Part shown: one piece after another, positions 12,344 to 24,817 of the stretch
Numbering within the stretch: the stretch's first letter is position 1
Layout of the letters: every line of letters starts with the position of its first letter
Notes under the pieces: model-generated
What the model was told of the DNA's origin: nothing
Database searches by the model: none
Seen by the model: only the letters and a program-made list of their open reading frames with translations
Made by a program: the position numbers and the translations under genes
Source: Octopus vulgaris
Taxonomy: Eukaryota
Direction of reading: 5' to 3'
Assembly (NCBI GenBank): GCA_951406725.2
Contig: OX597827.1
Coordinates: forward strand, 54,746,001-54,810,000
Length of the DNA stretch: 64,000 nt

Positions 12344-12480
12344 TAATTCATGAGATGCATGCAGGACAGTGAGAATCCAAACAATATCATATCTATTCTT
12401 CATTCTTAATGCCAGAATGTATAAGAATGAATTGGTACATTCTTCAGATTCTCATTGTTCTGCATGTACCCCATGAATTA
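12344..12480. repeat. 137-bp imperfect palindrome/hairpin
   Basis: 34-nt outer arms pair at 32/34 positions on the + strand (3 G-U), plus an inner TTCATTCTTA/TAAGAATGAA stem. Confidence 0.8.
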
Positions 12481-12509
12481 GTACTTTTGTTTTTCTCTTC
12501 TTTCTTTAA

Positions 12510-12729
12510 CCCTTTAGTGTTCAGATTACTCTGTTAAATGTAATAATTTTTCACTCAAATTGTTTTGAATTAATCATACATTATCTTATAGCTTTGAGGT
12601 TTCAATGATGTGATTGTTTGTTTTTAGAATATCAATGTAGGTTAGGTGTGAGAGGCTAGATATCGCCCGTTTGAATGTAAAACATGTAGAATATCTGGGC
12701 CAGATATGGCCGGTTTAAACACTAAACGG
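12510..12729. mobile_element. TTAA-type (piggyBac-like) MITE family A, complete
   Basis: TTAA|CCCTTTAGTG...CACTAAACGG|TTAA; other copies at ~2877-2980, 21708-22030, 22383-22606, 60267-60460. Confidence 0.8.
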
Positions 12730-12908
12730 TTAATTTACCTTGCTTTCACTGGTCCTGTTTACTTATATCTTTCCTAATGTTGCTCACCTTCATTGATATT
12801 CACGCCCCTCCCCCCTGAGTACCTGCTGGGTTTTTTTTTTTTTGTCCTTTCTTTTGCATCTACATTAGCACCTGTTAATATCCTTACTAATATTGAAAAA
12901 GCCATTAA

Positions 12909-13109
12909 CCCTTTTATTACCGTATTTATTTTGAGGTGCTCTGTGTTTCTTTCAATTAATTTTAAATATAATAAGAATTTAGTAAAATAACCTAGTGTTA
13001 AAAATTGTGACTAAGGGTTTGGTGGAAAATTTTAATTCAGAACTTATGAAGACAAGACATTTGTAATACAGCACCAGAGGCAGTTTCAGCTGGATTGGTA
13101 CCGAAAGGG
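12909..13109. mobile_element. TTAA-type (piggyBac-like) MITE family B, complete
   Basis: TTAA|CCCTTT...AAAGGG|TTAA; inverted copies at ~14311-14531 and ~30582-30807. Confidence 0.8.
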
Positions 13110-13481
13110 TTAAGTCTTTAGCATTCAGGGTTAAGAGTGAAAATGGTGCTTGTAGCCAATTTGAACTCAGAATGTAAAGAGGTGAAACAAATGCACAACA
13201 CATTCCCTCCGATGTGCTGTCAATTCTGCCACTCCACTGCCCTAATGATAATTAACTTAGTTATTGCTAAGGATTCAAATCATTATTCCACTAAAATCAA
13301 CTTTGTCTTTCATCTTGTAAGAGCTGATGAAATAAATATCAGTTAATTTAGCAGTTCGGCAAAAGAGACCAATAAAATAAGTACCAGGCTTAAAAAAAAA
13401 AAAGTACTGCATTCAATTCATTTGACTAAAATTCATCTAGGTGGTACCCCAGCATGGCCACAATCAAATGACTGAAACACA

Positions 13482-13774
13482 TCTATTATATAAAATCCGT
13501 TGTCTGTCTGTCTGTGTGTGTGTTTTCTAGGATCTCGGGCATCCTCCATCCGATTGCGCTCAAATATGATATGTAGATACCGATGGTATCAGGGCGTGTA
13601 TAAGTCTTGAAAAAATTACAAAAATCGATTCCAGGTGAGAATGTGATCGATAAAGCCGTGGGAAAATCAGTGTTTCTCAAAGGTTGGACAAGTTGTTTTG
13701 AGAAAATTTGGTTTAAATGTTTGACAACTCAGCACCATCCAATGGACGGACGGGGGGGGGGGGCGTTTTGCTCG
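13482..13774 (+). mobile_element. Non-autonomous Helitron
   Basis: A|TCTATTATATAAAA start, (GTCT)n, CTCG|T end; inserted between A and T of a SINE tail with no TSD. Confidence 0.65.
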
Positions 13775-14310
13775 TAAAAGGATAAAAGAATATCTGTATG
13801 TGTGTGTGGTTTGTGTGTGCGCATGTGTGTGTCCCACCTTCACTTGACAACCTATGTTAGTGTATCTATGTCACCATAACTTAGCAGTCTGGCAAAAGAG
13901 ACCAATAGAATGAGTACCAGGCTTTAAAAAAATAACTATGACTGAAACAAGTAAAAGATAAAAGATGCTAATTGCAGGTTCTCAGATGTTTTGTTTTGCA
14001 TTTCTCCTCCACTGTTACGGTAGTGTAGTGCTACTTGAACTTTTGTTGTAAAAGGTTATCATGATTATACAATTACACACACTTCTTCCTTAATTTGTCA
14101 GAAAAGGAAGGAAGTGGGGTTGTTCTCTTCATTTGCTGATTATTTTACATATTTTTTATTGTTGTTTGTTGTATTTTTATTGTTTGATTTTGTTGTCTGT
14201 GGTATTTTCTAGTTTTGGTCACAGATGTTTTCTCATGCATCATGTTGTTGACCATTCTTAGGATCTCATTTATTTACCTTCTCTGCTTTCTCATTTATTC
14301 ACCTTCTCTG

Positions 14311-14531
14311 CTTTTGATACCAACCTGGCTGAAACCGCCTCTGGCTCTGAGTACAAATGTCTTGTTTTCAAAAGTTTTGAATTAAAATCTTCCACCAAAC
14401 CTTAGTCGTAATTTATGTTGCTAACACTAGCTGAATGATAACTAAGTTTTTTTTTACTAAATTCTTTGTTATATTTAAAATTAATTGAAAGAAACACCGA
14501 GCATCTCAAAATAAATATGGTAACAAAAGCG
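14311..14531. mobile_element. TTAA-type MITE family B, inverted relative to 12909-13109
   Basis: Reverse-complement similarity; ends AAAAGCG|TTAA. Confidence 0.75.
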
Positions 14532-14899
14532 TTAAAACACATTATGTTTTCTCTCCATCCCTCTTCTCTTCTCCCTCGCTCTCTCATATCTTATACATGT
14601 AGTGCAGCATTTGTCAAACATTTTTTACTTACAGACCTCTTGTGATTAGTGTTTTACTCTACTGAACCCCCTATAGCCATTCAATGTTTTAAAAAAATCC
14701 TATTACATTTTTACTATTAAATATTATCGTCGTGTGAAAAATAATTCTTGAAATGTTTTGTGTATTGTAGAAATATAAACAATTTCATTGCTCTTAAATT
14801 TTTACAACAAAATCTTATATGGACCCCAATTCTGAACCACTGGTCTAATTCATTATTTATCTTTCTGGCCTTTTGTCTGACTCTCAATCCCTTCAATGT

Positions 14900-14968
<69 letters not shown>

Positions 14969-15079
14969 AAATTTTTGTATTAACGGAAAACCTCTATAAT
15001 GGTTACCTCTCTCTCTGTATATATATATATATATATATATGTGTATGAAAATTTTTGTATTAATGGAAAACCTCTATAA

Positions 15080-15165
15080 TTGGCTGATGAGTGCTCAGCA
15101 TTTTAAAACTGTTGTAATACTTACAACATTTAATAAAATGATGTAGTACGAAACGATCGTACCAA
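15080..15165 (+). ncRNA. Type I hammerhead ribozyme with intact core and extended stem II
   Basis: TTGG-CTGATGA-GTGCT[long hairpin]AGTAC-GAAA-CGATCG-TA^-CCAA; palindromic stem III ACGATCGT; predicted cleavage after A15161. Confidence 0.85.
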
Positions 15166-16852
15166 ATTACCGGAGTCATTCTTGTTGCTTATTTTGATTA
15201 TATATATATATATTATATACACACACATATATATAATATACACACACATGCACACTCTTGTGCGTATATATGTATACACATTTACCTAATGATCTTCAAT
15301 GCAACTTTCATCTACCACAGTTCATGCAGTTGGTCAGCCTGAAACCAGTAAACTACAGATTTCATGGCTGCAGTATGAACTTCTTAACTCCACACCTATA
15401 CCTGCATCCATATAATGGTATAAAAAGCCAAACAATATTTGGAGCTATTAAAAACAATTGCCAAGTGTCAGTGATAATGTGTTGTACGAGACAGTTTGTT
15501 CAATTTATGAGTTTTAGCCCAGTATGACTTTATTGGTTGATCACAAGAAGAAAAACTAATATAAATAGCTAATTTTACCATTTGTCTGTCTCATATAGAA
15601 AGATGCTGTTCATAAATTATGGAAAAGAAAATACCTACCAGACATTTCTATGCCTACAGAGTATTAAAATATAAGTAGTCTATTAAAAAAACAAATACAC
15701 TTAAGTGTTAAGTATGAGATGTTTTGTTCTTGTACAGAGAATGTGGCAGATAATAAGTATTTCGAGAAGAAATTTATGTAGTGGTCTTACATGCCAGCTG
15801 TTTTCTATGCTGCCGTATATGGTAAATAATTTGTAAAAACAAAACCAAGGAAGCAAATTGATCACAATGTTACTTGTTGCTTTAAGATGTAAGATGTTTG
15901 ATATAAGTCTGAACGTCTTTGATTATAGTGTTGAAAAAAATGTTGAGTAAATTATTGTATTTGATGTGCAGCTGAAGTTTGAAGTTGGATAGAAAAACAA
16001 AAACAGGCTGAAAGTATTCATGTGCATCGATGTAAATAGCAAATGAAACACATCTCTTACAGAAGCTACTCAATTGCAATAGTAGTTTTGCTTCTAATTT
16101 TATTTTATCTTTTGTTAAGCTGTATTATATCCGTTTCTAATGGAATTATTTATTTCTTCCTAGCATTGAAAGAAATATTTAAATCATCAACTTTTATCTA
16201 TCTTTTACTTGTTTCATTCATTGGACTGTAGACATGCTGAAACACTGCTTTGAAGGGGTTAGTCAAACAAAGTGACTCCGGTACTTTTCTTTTGTTTGTT
16301 TATAAAGTCTGCTACTTATTCTGTCAATCTCTTTTGTTGTACCAAGTTATTGAAATGTAAACAAACCAACACTCATTGTCAAGTGGTGATGATGGAAGGT
16401 GGCTTCCATGTGACAGGCTTCCACACAGTTTCCAACTATCAAATTCTCTCTCAAGGCACTGGTTGGTATGGAGTTATTGTAAAAGACACTTGTTCAAAGT
16501 GTTGACAGGAGCTAGTCAACTGAAAAGTTGCCCAGTGATCCATGTCTGCTGTGGCATGGTTTCTATGATAGGAAGCCCTTCCTAATGCCAGCCACTCCAC
16601 AGAGTGTACTAGGTGCTTTTACACAGCACATGAACCCACAAGATTAGGATTGCTTAGCTGAAGAGGGATACTGGCATGTTAGAAGTTTAGCTGTGGCTGT
16701 GTAGTAAGAAGTTTGCTTCCTAACCATATGGTTCTGGGTTCAGTCCCTCAGTGTAGCACCTTGGGCAAGTATCTTTTGCTACAACCCTGGGCCAACCAAA
16801 GCCTTGTGAGCAGATTTAGTAGACAGAAACTGAAAGAAGCATGTCATATATA

Positions 16853-17173
16853 TCCTTGGTCACCTTGACCGACCAGTCCGTCGAGTGTCCATTTGACACA
16901 GCTGGTCACAGCATGCTGTCCACTCCTCTCTGGATTGCACCTTCCTCATCCACATGGTCCCAATTGCCCCCCTCCCCCCAAATCATAACTCCACTGTCGT
17001 GGAGGCCTTCCGAGTGGTCGTTTCCACTCATGTGGGTACCACTCAACAACTGCGTGGGTCCACCGATTATTGGTGAGCTGGGCGATGTGTCCAGCCCATC
17101 TTAACTTGCTGCATGTATATTCCACAATGATATCCCTCATGCCGGACTTTTGTCTGATGACCTCGCTACTGAT
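16853..17173 (-). mobile_element. RTE LINE 3' fragment inserted in a SINE microsatellite
   Basis: KLRWAGHIAQLTNNRWTHAVVEWYPHEWKRPLGRPPRQW is a typical RTE C-terminus. Confidence 0.85.
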
Positions 17174-17509
17174 GTATATGTGTGTGCATGTATATGTGTA
17201 CTTGTGCACTTATGCACATGCAGACACACACATACATACTAACACACACATCAAAGCATAAATATGCATACATGTATTTAGGTATTCAGTAAGATTCATC
17301 ATCATTTTTACATCCACTTTCCTATGCTTAAATTTTATTTAAGTTCTTAGGAGAGTTCAAGCCAGTTGCTAACAAAGCAACAAGACTTTTTGAGTCAAAA
17401 AAGTTCCCAGTGTTAGTGAATGTGTGGTTGAGTTTGTGTGTTGGTTGAACTGCTGGTGCATACATCCAAGTGTGTGCAGCTATTCACATTAGAATCTCAG
17501 GTGGAGAAT

Positions 17510-17710
17510 TTTTGGAATGTCTTGCAGTCTTCACTCAACCATGAATACACTGGATTTGGAGAATGTACATCAGTTTCTTTTGTTCTTTCTCTGTGAAACC
17601 AAGTATATCTAGGTTTTCGTGCCAATTTCTTGGTACATAACCTAATGCAGCTATGATGATATATACAAATGAGAATTCATAGTCAGGGTACAAAAGATGT
17701 ATGCATGGGC
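17510..17710 (-). mobile_element. R4/Dong-like non-LTR retrotransposon C-terminal remnant
   Basis: LLYPDYEFSFVYIIIAALGYVP..NLDILGF..LQIQCIHG resembles the PIIIGALG region after the restriction-like endonuclease. Confidence 0.55.
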
Positions 17711-18004
17711 GTGTGTTGCTATCTCTTTGCTCCCACATTGCATGATAGTTGTAACTGTGTGTCATCGTCATTCAAGTGGTGTCATTAATTTCCAGTCTTT
17801 CATGAAAACATGTCTGGCTATGGGGAGATATTACCTTGCATGGAAACAGGTAAGGGTTGACAACAACAAGTGCATCCAACCATCGAATCGAAAATCCACC
17901 TCAGCAAATTTTATCTGAGCCAAGTGGCCAAGTGAGCATAGAAAAGTGGATGTGAAAATGACGATGAATCTTACTGAATACCTATATATATATATATATA
18001 TCTG

Positions 18005-18207
18005 GCATCTGTGCAGGTGGCACATAAAAAGCACCCACTACACTCTCGGAGTGGTTGGTGTTAGGAAGGGCATCCAGCTGTAGAAACACTGCCGGATCAG
18101 ACTGGGCCTGGTGCAGCCTTCTGGCTTCCCAGACCCCAGTTGAACTGTCCAACCCATGCTAGCATGGAAAACGGACGCCAAACGATGATGATGATGATGA
18201 TGACGAT
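18005..18207 (+). mobile_element. Meta-domain-like SINE 3' part
   Basis: GGTTGGTGTTAGGAAGGGCATCCAGCTGTAGAAA and (GAT)n tail; further copies at ~27795-28055(-), 35225-35455(+), 46030-46205(+), 58274-58510(-), 62721-63013(+). Confidence 0.75.
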
Positions 18208-19260
18208 GCATATTTATGTTATGGTGTGTGTGTGTCTGTCTGCATGTGCATCAGTGTGCAAGTACACACACATGCACACACATATACAAAGCAAATACAT
18301 GTGCATATAGACATACATGTACTTGTGTGCGCACACACACATGTACATTATGGCTTCCTGGAATTATTCCAGCTACTTTGATACCCATGTATCTAGTAGC
18401 ACTTCTTGCATCACATTGTGCATATACATCATTGTTCATAATTTTCTTCTTAAGATGTTTTTTGTGTTGCTTCTTTTTCATTTCATTTCATTTTTAGTTT
18501 GCTTCGAGTTTGATGGATGGAGTTGTTTTGTAAATGTGTAGGTTTTGCAGCTGTTACACATTGTATTGTTACTCAGTTGTCTAAGAGAAGAAACATTTCT
18601 TTGTCTGACTAAACTAACTATTGTATTCTCAAAGAAAGTAATAAAGTCTTTGTTTGTTTGAACATTCTTTCAGTTTGTTGATTGATCTGGGGAGATTCTT
18701 CAAATAGAATTATGTAATTGTTATAGTTTGATAGTCTAGTCACATTAACTGCTAAACATGTGGGCTCTGTTCCACCTTGTCTTCTTGCAGTTAGGACTTC
18801 CATTTCTTAACTATGACCTAGTCACTGACATTCCACTCGCTGCTGTCTCTGAGATATAAGCTCACTTCAGATTATTTGCTGATCAGAACATGAATTATAT
18901 TATCTTTTAATCTTTAATCTTTTATTCGTTTCCAGTCACTGGACTACAGCCATGCTGAAGCACCAGTTTGAAGGTTTTTTTAGTTGAACAAATCACATCC
19001 AGTACTTAGAATAAATGCCAAACTTTAAAATATTTGTCAAACCACTAAGTTAAAGGGATACAAATAAACCAACACTGGTTTCAAGCAGTAGGGTGGGGGT
19101 GGAGGACAAACACACAAACAGATTATAAACAAGCTTCCACACAGTTTCCATCTACTAAATTTACTTACAATGTTAGCCCTAGTTGACCCAGGGCTAACAT
19201 AGAAGACATACAAAGCTTCTTAAACACATAGCCTGCAGCTATGCTTATTTTTTTTATTAT

Positions 19261-19483
19261 TTTACTTGTTTCAGTAATTTGAATGTGGCCATGCTGGAGT
19301 ATCACCTTGAGGTTTTTTTGTTGAACAAATCAACCCCAGGACAATTTTCTAAAGCCTATTACTTACTCTGTTAGTCTCTTTTGCTGAACCGCTGAGTTTT
19401 GGGGATGTAAACACACTAGCACCAGTTGTCAAGTGGTAATGGAGTGGACAAACACAGACACAAAGACACATACATAGACATAT

Positions 19484-19531
<48 letters not shown>

Positions 19532-19683
19532 CAGGCTTCTTTCAGTTTCTGTCTACCAAATGCACTCTCAAGGCTTTAGTCAGCTTGAGGCTGTAGTAAA
19601 AGACACTTGCCCAAGGTGTCATGCAGTGGGACTGAACTCAGAACCATGTGGTTGAGAAGCAAGCTTCTTCCCACACAGCCACA
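19261..19683 (-). mobile_element. CORE-type SINE
   Basis: Full family structure, reverse strand. Confidence 0.85.
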
Positions 19684-19721
19684 TTATCAAAACAACTGGA
19701 CAAACAACAGGACACGCAAAA

Positions 19722-20110
19722 GCATGTCTGTGAGGTAAGAAGCTTGCTTCCCAACTACATGATTCCGGGTTCAGTCCCACTGCTTGGCACCTTGAACAAG
19801 TTTGTTCTATTATAACCTTGGGCAGCCCGAAGATTTGTGAGTGGATTTGATAGACAAACTGAAAATAGTTCACCATATATATATATATCTGTGTGTGTCT
19901 TTGTGCTTGTCTTTGTCCCCACCACCACTACTTGACAACCAGTGTTAGTGTGTTTACGTCCCCATAACTTAGCAGCTCCACAAAAGAGGCTGATAGAATA
20001 TGTACCAGGCTTTAGAAAAAGAGAAAAAAGTACTGGATTTGACTCATTCCAATTCTTCAAGGTGGTGCCCCAGCATGGCTGCAGTCTAATGACTGAACCA
20101 AGTAAAAGAA
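19722..20110 (+). mobile_element. CORE-type SINE, head-to-head with the previous copy
   Basis: Full family structure. Confidence 0.85.
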
Positions 20111-20121
20111 AACAAAATATA

Positions 20122-20513
20122 TCTCTATATATATAAAGCTGAAGTTGTCTGTGTATGGCAGGTTTGGTAGCCTTCAACTAACACTATCTCCTCCGAGACC
20201 CTGTGGCGCGAGTTGACCAAAATTGAGAGTATGATAGAAGAAGGCTTGCTCTTCCTTCTATAGAAGAAAAAATTCAAATCGGACCATGTTAACACTAAAA
20301 ATTATTTACATCAAAAAGGTGCTTTTTTTCTATGAAAATCCCTATTTTTTACGATTTTTTAACTGCTGTGTTGCTATTCTTCAGTGTATTTCAACCAGAA
20401 AAATGTTCACTTAAAGAGAATAACAAGCTACATAATGCAAAAATTTTACTTTTCAAAAATTCCAATTCTAAAGGATCAAAACAAACCCGAGCAACGCCGG
20501 GCAATACTGCTAG
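20122..20513 (+). mobile_element. Non-autonomous Helitron
   Basis: TC(TC)TATATATATAAAG start; CCCGAGCAACGCCGGG hairpin then CTAG|T end. Confidence 0.8.
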
Positions 20514-22639
20514 TTTGAAAATATAATTGGATATGATCAGTGTTTCAGAGAGAGGATCCTTAAACAATTTCCCGATGATATACCCCTGGTTATCTTGAAA
20601 CCTAAGATCTTAAGAAGTAAGGGAATAGAATCTATGGGGCTTTTACTATTTTCAAGGGCTTGTAATATCCGTTAAGTAAAAGAACTATTTCTTGGAATCA
20701 ACTTACATTCATCTCTTCATGAGCTTTCTATATATTCTACAGCACTCATTTATGATTTATTAGAAGAAACTAAATTTAGTTGGAAATTACCAATTGACTC
20801 AATATATTTTGGCTTCTCCTTGAAGTCATGTCATAAAAGATGGATGAAACCGACTTCGAAGATTTAATTATTTGTGAGTGTCTGTTTTTAATAACTTTAT
20901 ATTCATCATTCCTTTACCAACCTGTGTTGGCTGTTTCTGAGGCAACGTTTTGATAATCTCTTGCAAAAGTGGGATTAGTTTATACTTATTTTCACTTAAG
21001 GTACTTGTATTCATATCATCATCATCATCATCATCATATCATCATTTAACATCTATTTTCCCTACTGAAGAATTTGACAGAAGCTGCCAAGCTCTGCTGT
21101 CTGCTTTGGCATGTATGACTAGATACCTTTCCTAATGCCAACCACTTCACTTAGCACCAATTCATCTCTTGGGAATAAATAAATATATACATATTCTTTT
21201 ATTCTTTTATTTGTTTCAGTCATCTGACTGTGGCCATGCTGGAGCACCATGTTAAGGGGTTTTAGTCAAACAAATCGACTCCCACGATTTATTCTTTGTA
21301 AGTCTAGTACTTATTCTATTGGTTCCTTTTGCCGAACCACTAAGTTATGGGGACATAAACACACTAACATTGGTTGTCAAGCAATGGTAGGGGATCAAAC
21401 ACACACACACACACATACACACACAGGTTTCTTTTCAGTAATTATCTGAGTTAGATTGAAGTCCTATCCAAAAAAGCATTTATCTCTCATATGATTCATA
21501 TTTATAGAAAAAGGAATTAAGCTGTAACTTTAAGAACCCATGGGATTTGTAAAAAGATCAAATTATAAATTTTAATTTCAGTTGCGGAAAATGGTTGTTA
21601 TTCAGTATTTCTTACCTGTAATTTCAACTTGCCATTCATATGGATTTGTAATTTGAAAACAAATGAATGAATCATTTTACCTGTGGATGAACATGAGATC
21701 ATCAGAGTTAATCCTTTCTTTAGTATTTAAACTGGCCATATCCAGCCCAAATATCCCCCTTGTTTTAAGTTCAAACAGGCCAGATCCGGCCTCTCACACT
21801 GACCTTACAATGTTATTCCAAAAATACACAATTACATTATTAAAATCTCAGAGGAAGAGATAATATATGATTCATTCAAATCAAAGTGAATAATTAAGCA
21901 TTATAGGCTACAATCCAGCCTCTCACACATAGCCTACAATGTCATTCTAAAATTCCATTATCAAAATCTCAAAGCTGCCAGATAAGTTATGATTAATTTA
22001 AAACAATGTGAATAAATAAGCATTACATTTTTATTAAAGTATGATGCTTATTCTATGTACTTTTGCTGAACTGTTAAGTCATGAGGAAATAAACAAACTA
22101 ATACCAGTTAAGCATCTGGCGGGGGGTGGGGGTGACACAAATATACGCACTCACGCACATATATGACAGGCTTCCACACAGTTTCCATCTAGCATATTTG
22201 CTTACAAAGCATTGGTTGAACTGGTGTTACAGTAGAAGACACTTGTCCAAGGGACTGTGCAGTGGGATTGAATCTGAAACCATGTGGTCGCAAAGTGAAC
22301 TTCTTAATCACACAGCCATGTCTGTGGCTATCAAACTTTATGTAAAAGTCTTAACACTTCAGTTCTGAGTTCTGCTTCCTTCACCCTTTAGCATTTAAAC
22401 TAGCCATTTCCTGCCCAAATATTCAGCCCGTTTTATGTTCAAAATAGCCAGATCTCACTTCTCACACCTAACCCACACTATCATTCTAATAATATACAGT
22501 CACATCATCGAATTCTTAAAGCTATGAAATAACACATGATTAATTCAAAACAATGTAAATAAATAAGCATTGCATTTTACTGAGTAACTTGAATGCTAAA
22601 AGGTTAAATTCTACTTTTTCTACACTTATTTTTTTTAAA

Positions 22640-23670
22640 TCATTACCACCCATCATTATCATCCTCTCTGCCATTGAACAGATCTGTGGTGCACAGGCAA
22701 ATACAGTTATTGATGCTATGACTGTTTTTATATATGTGCAAACTGAGTAAGACATTCTTCTTAAGATGTTGCTATAAATGTGTTGCATCAGCCAGAATGT
22801 TGTGGGTACTGTGTGTTCTTTACATACCTTGGCTGACTTACATTTTAGAGCCTTTTGTTCTCATTGTTAGTAGTCATTGAATCTTTTATACAATAGCCTG
22901 TTGTGTGTTCTTTGGTGTTCTTTGTAGTTGTAATTTATTGCGGAGAAAGTTTGTGTTACAGGCAGTGTTGGCCTAAAAACCAGTTAGCGGCAACTTGTGG
23001 TTTGCAGCACTTTCTGAATGACATGCCTAATGAAATTGGTTTAAGATTTTGACTCAAAGCGGGCAATTTCAGCTGATAGGATAAGTCGATTAAATCAACC
23101 CCAGTGCTCAGCAGCTACTTATTTTATCCACCCCTGAAGGAATGAAAGGTAAAGTCAATCACAGCAGAATTTGAACTCAGAACATAGAGATAGACAAAAT
23201 TCTACTAAACATCTTGCCCAGTGTACTAACAATTCTGCCAGCTCACTACCTTGGCACGCCTAACAAAATTTTACCTTGAAATTTTTTTTAGGAGTGTGGT
23301 CCACCTGATGATGCCATGTTTCATGTGGGCTGCTTCTCAAAGAAAAAAAAAAGCAAAAAGAAAAATAACATGGTTACACCTGATTGCTTTAAGCCATCTA
23401 GTGTCTAATAATGGGTTGTAAACTAGTAAATTGCCTTTCTCTGATAGTCAAATGTAGTGTATTGAGTGCTGCTTGAGTTTTGTTATATAATTTTTTTCTG
23501 TCTTTTGGTATTTTTTGCCATGTCTTTCATGTGCACTATGAATGCTGTAGAACTATCGTATGTATTTGTTAATATTTCTGTATGGTGTGTTAATGTTGTT
23601 GAGTGTGTGTTTGATGTGCTTTGGTGTAGTTAAAAAGGAAATAGTAGGTTTACCAATGTTACTTTTTTAT
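22640..23670 (-). mobile_element. Highly decayed Penelope-like remnant, interrupted by a Deu-like SINE at ~23040-23255
   Basis: Weak motifs only: NIGK..PYRNINK near 23.6 kb and YSNILRR..VCTYIKTVIA near 22.75 kb resemble the Penelope linker and GIY-YIG C-terminus. Confidence 0.3.
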
Positions 23671-23983
23671 CTATTGATTATACAGTCTATACATTATAGG
23701 AGAATCTAAGAAAGAAAAAAAAGGTGTTTCTTATGTTGTCAGTATGGTTTCCAATACAGTCACTTGTCCATGCATCACCTAATGAGTTATGTGTCATCAG
23801 TTGAGGCCTTATGATCTCAAGTCGGTTTCACCCAGCAATCAAACATTCAATGCTTATAGCACATATTATTTATACCCTCTCCCTACCAACACTGACTAGC
23901 AGTATCTCTCAATACATATTTTTTTTTACGAGCTGATGACAGATGATCAGAGTGTTCTGGCACATAATAATCTGTATGATTTC

Positions 23984-24017
<34 letters not shown>

Positions 24018-24078
24018 GTATATACACAGACACACATACATATATATACGTGCACAAACACACACACATATATATATA

Positions 24079-24412
24079 GGCACAGGAGTGGCTGTGTAGT
24101 GAGTAGCTTGCTTACCAACCCCGTGGTTCTGGGTTCAGTCCCACTGTGTGGCACCTTGGACAAGTGTCTTCTGCTATAGCTTCAGGCCAACCAAAAGCCT
24201 TGTGAGTGAATGTGGTAGACGGAAGCTGAAAGAAGCCCATCGTAAATATATATATGTGTATATGTTTGTGTGTCTGTGTTTGTCCCCCTACCATCGCTTG
24301 ACAACTGATGTTGGTGTATTCATGTCCCCGTAACTTAATGGTTAGGCAAATGAGACCAATAGAATAAGTACTAGGCTTACAAAGAATAAGTCCTGGCGTC
24401 GATTTGCTTTAA
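24079..24412 (+). mobile_element. CORE-type SINE
   Basis: Family head, core and body; 3' end truncated. Confidence 0.85.
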
Positions 24413-24446
24413 ATAATTTTACACTGAATTGTTTTAGCTTGTGGAT

Positions 24447-24617
24447 CTTTTACTTGTTTCAATCTGTGGCCATGCTGGGGCACTGCCTTGAATAATTTTT
24501 AGTCGAATGATACCTATTCTATCAGTCTCTTTTACTGAATTGCTAAGTTACAAAGATGTAAACACACCAACTCAGGTTGTTAAGTGGTGGAGGTGGGACA
24601 AACACAGACATGAACAC

Positions 24618-24660
<43 letters not shown>

Positions 24661-24817
24661 GGGCTTCTTTCAGTTTCCATCTATGAAATCCACTCACATG
24701 GTTTTAGTCGGCCCTAGACTTTAGTAGAAGACACTTGCCCAAGGTGCCACGCAGTGGGAATGAACTCAGACCCATGTGGTTGGGAAGCAAGCTTCTTGCC
24801 ACACGGCCATGCCTGTG
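24447..24817 (-). mobile_element. CORE-type SINE, tail-to-tail with the previous copy
   Basis: Family structure on the reverse strand. Confidence 0.85.
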
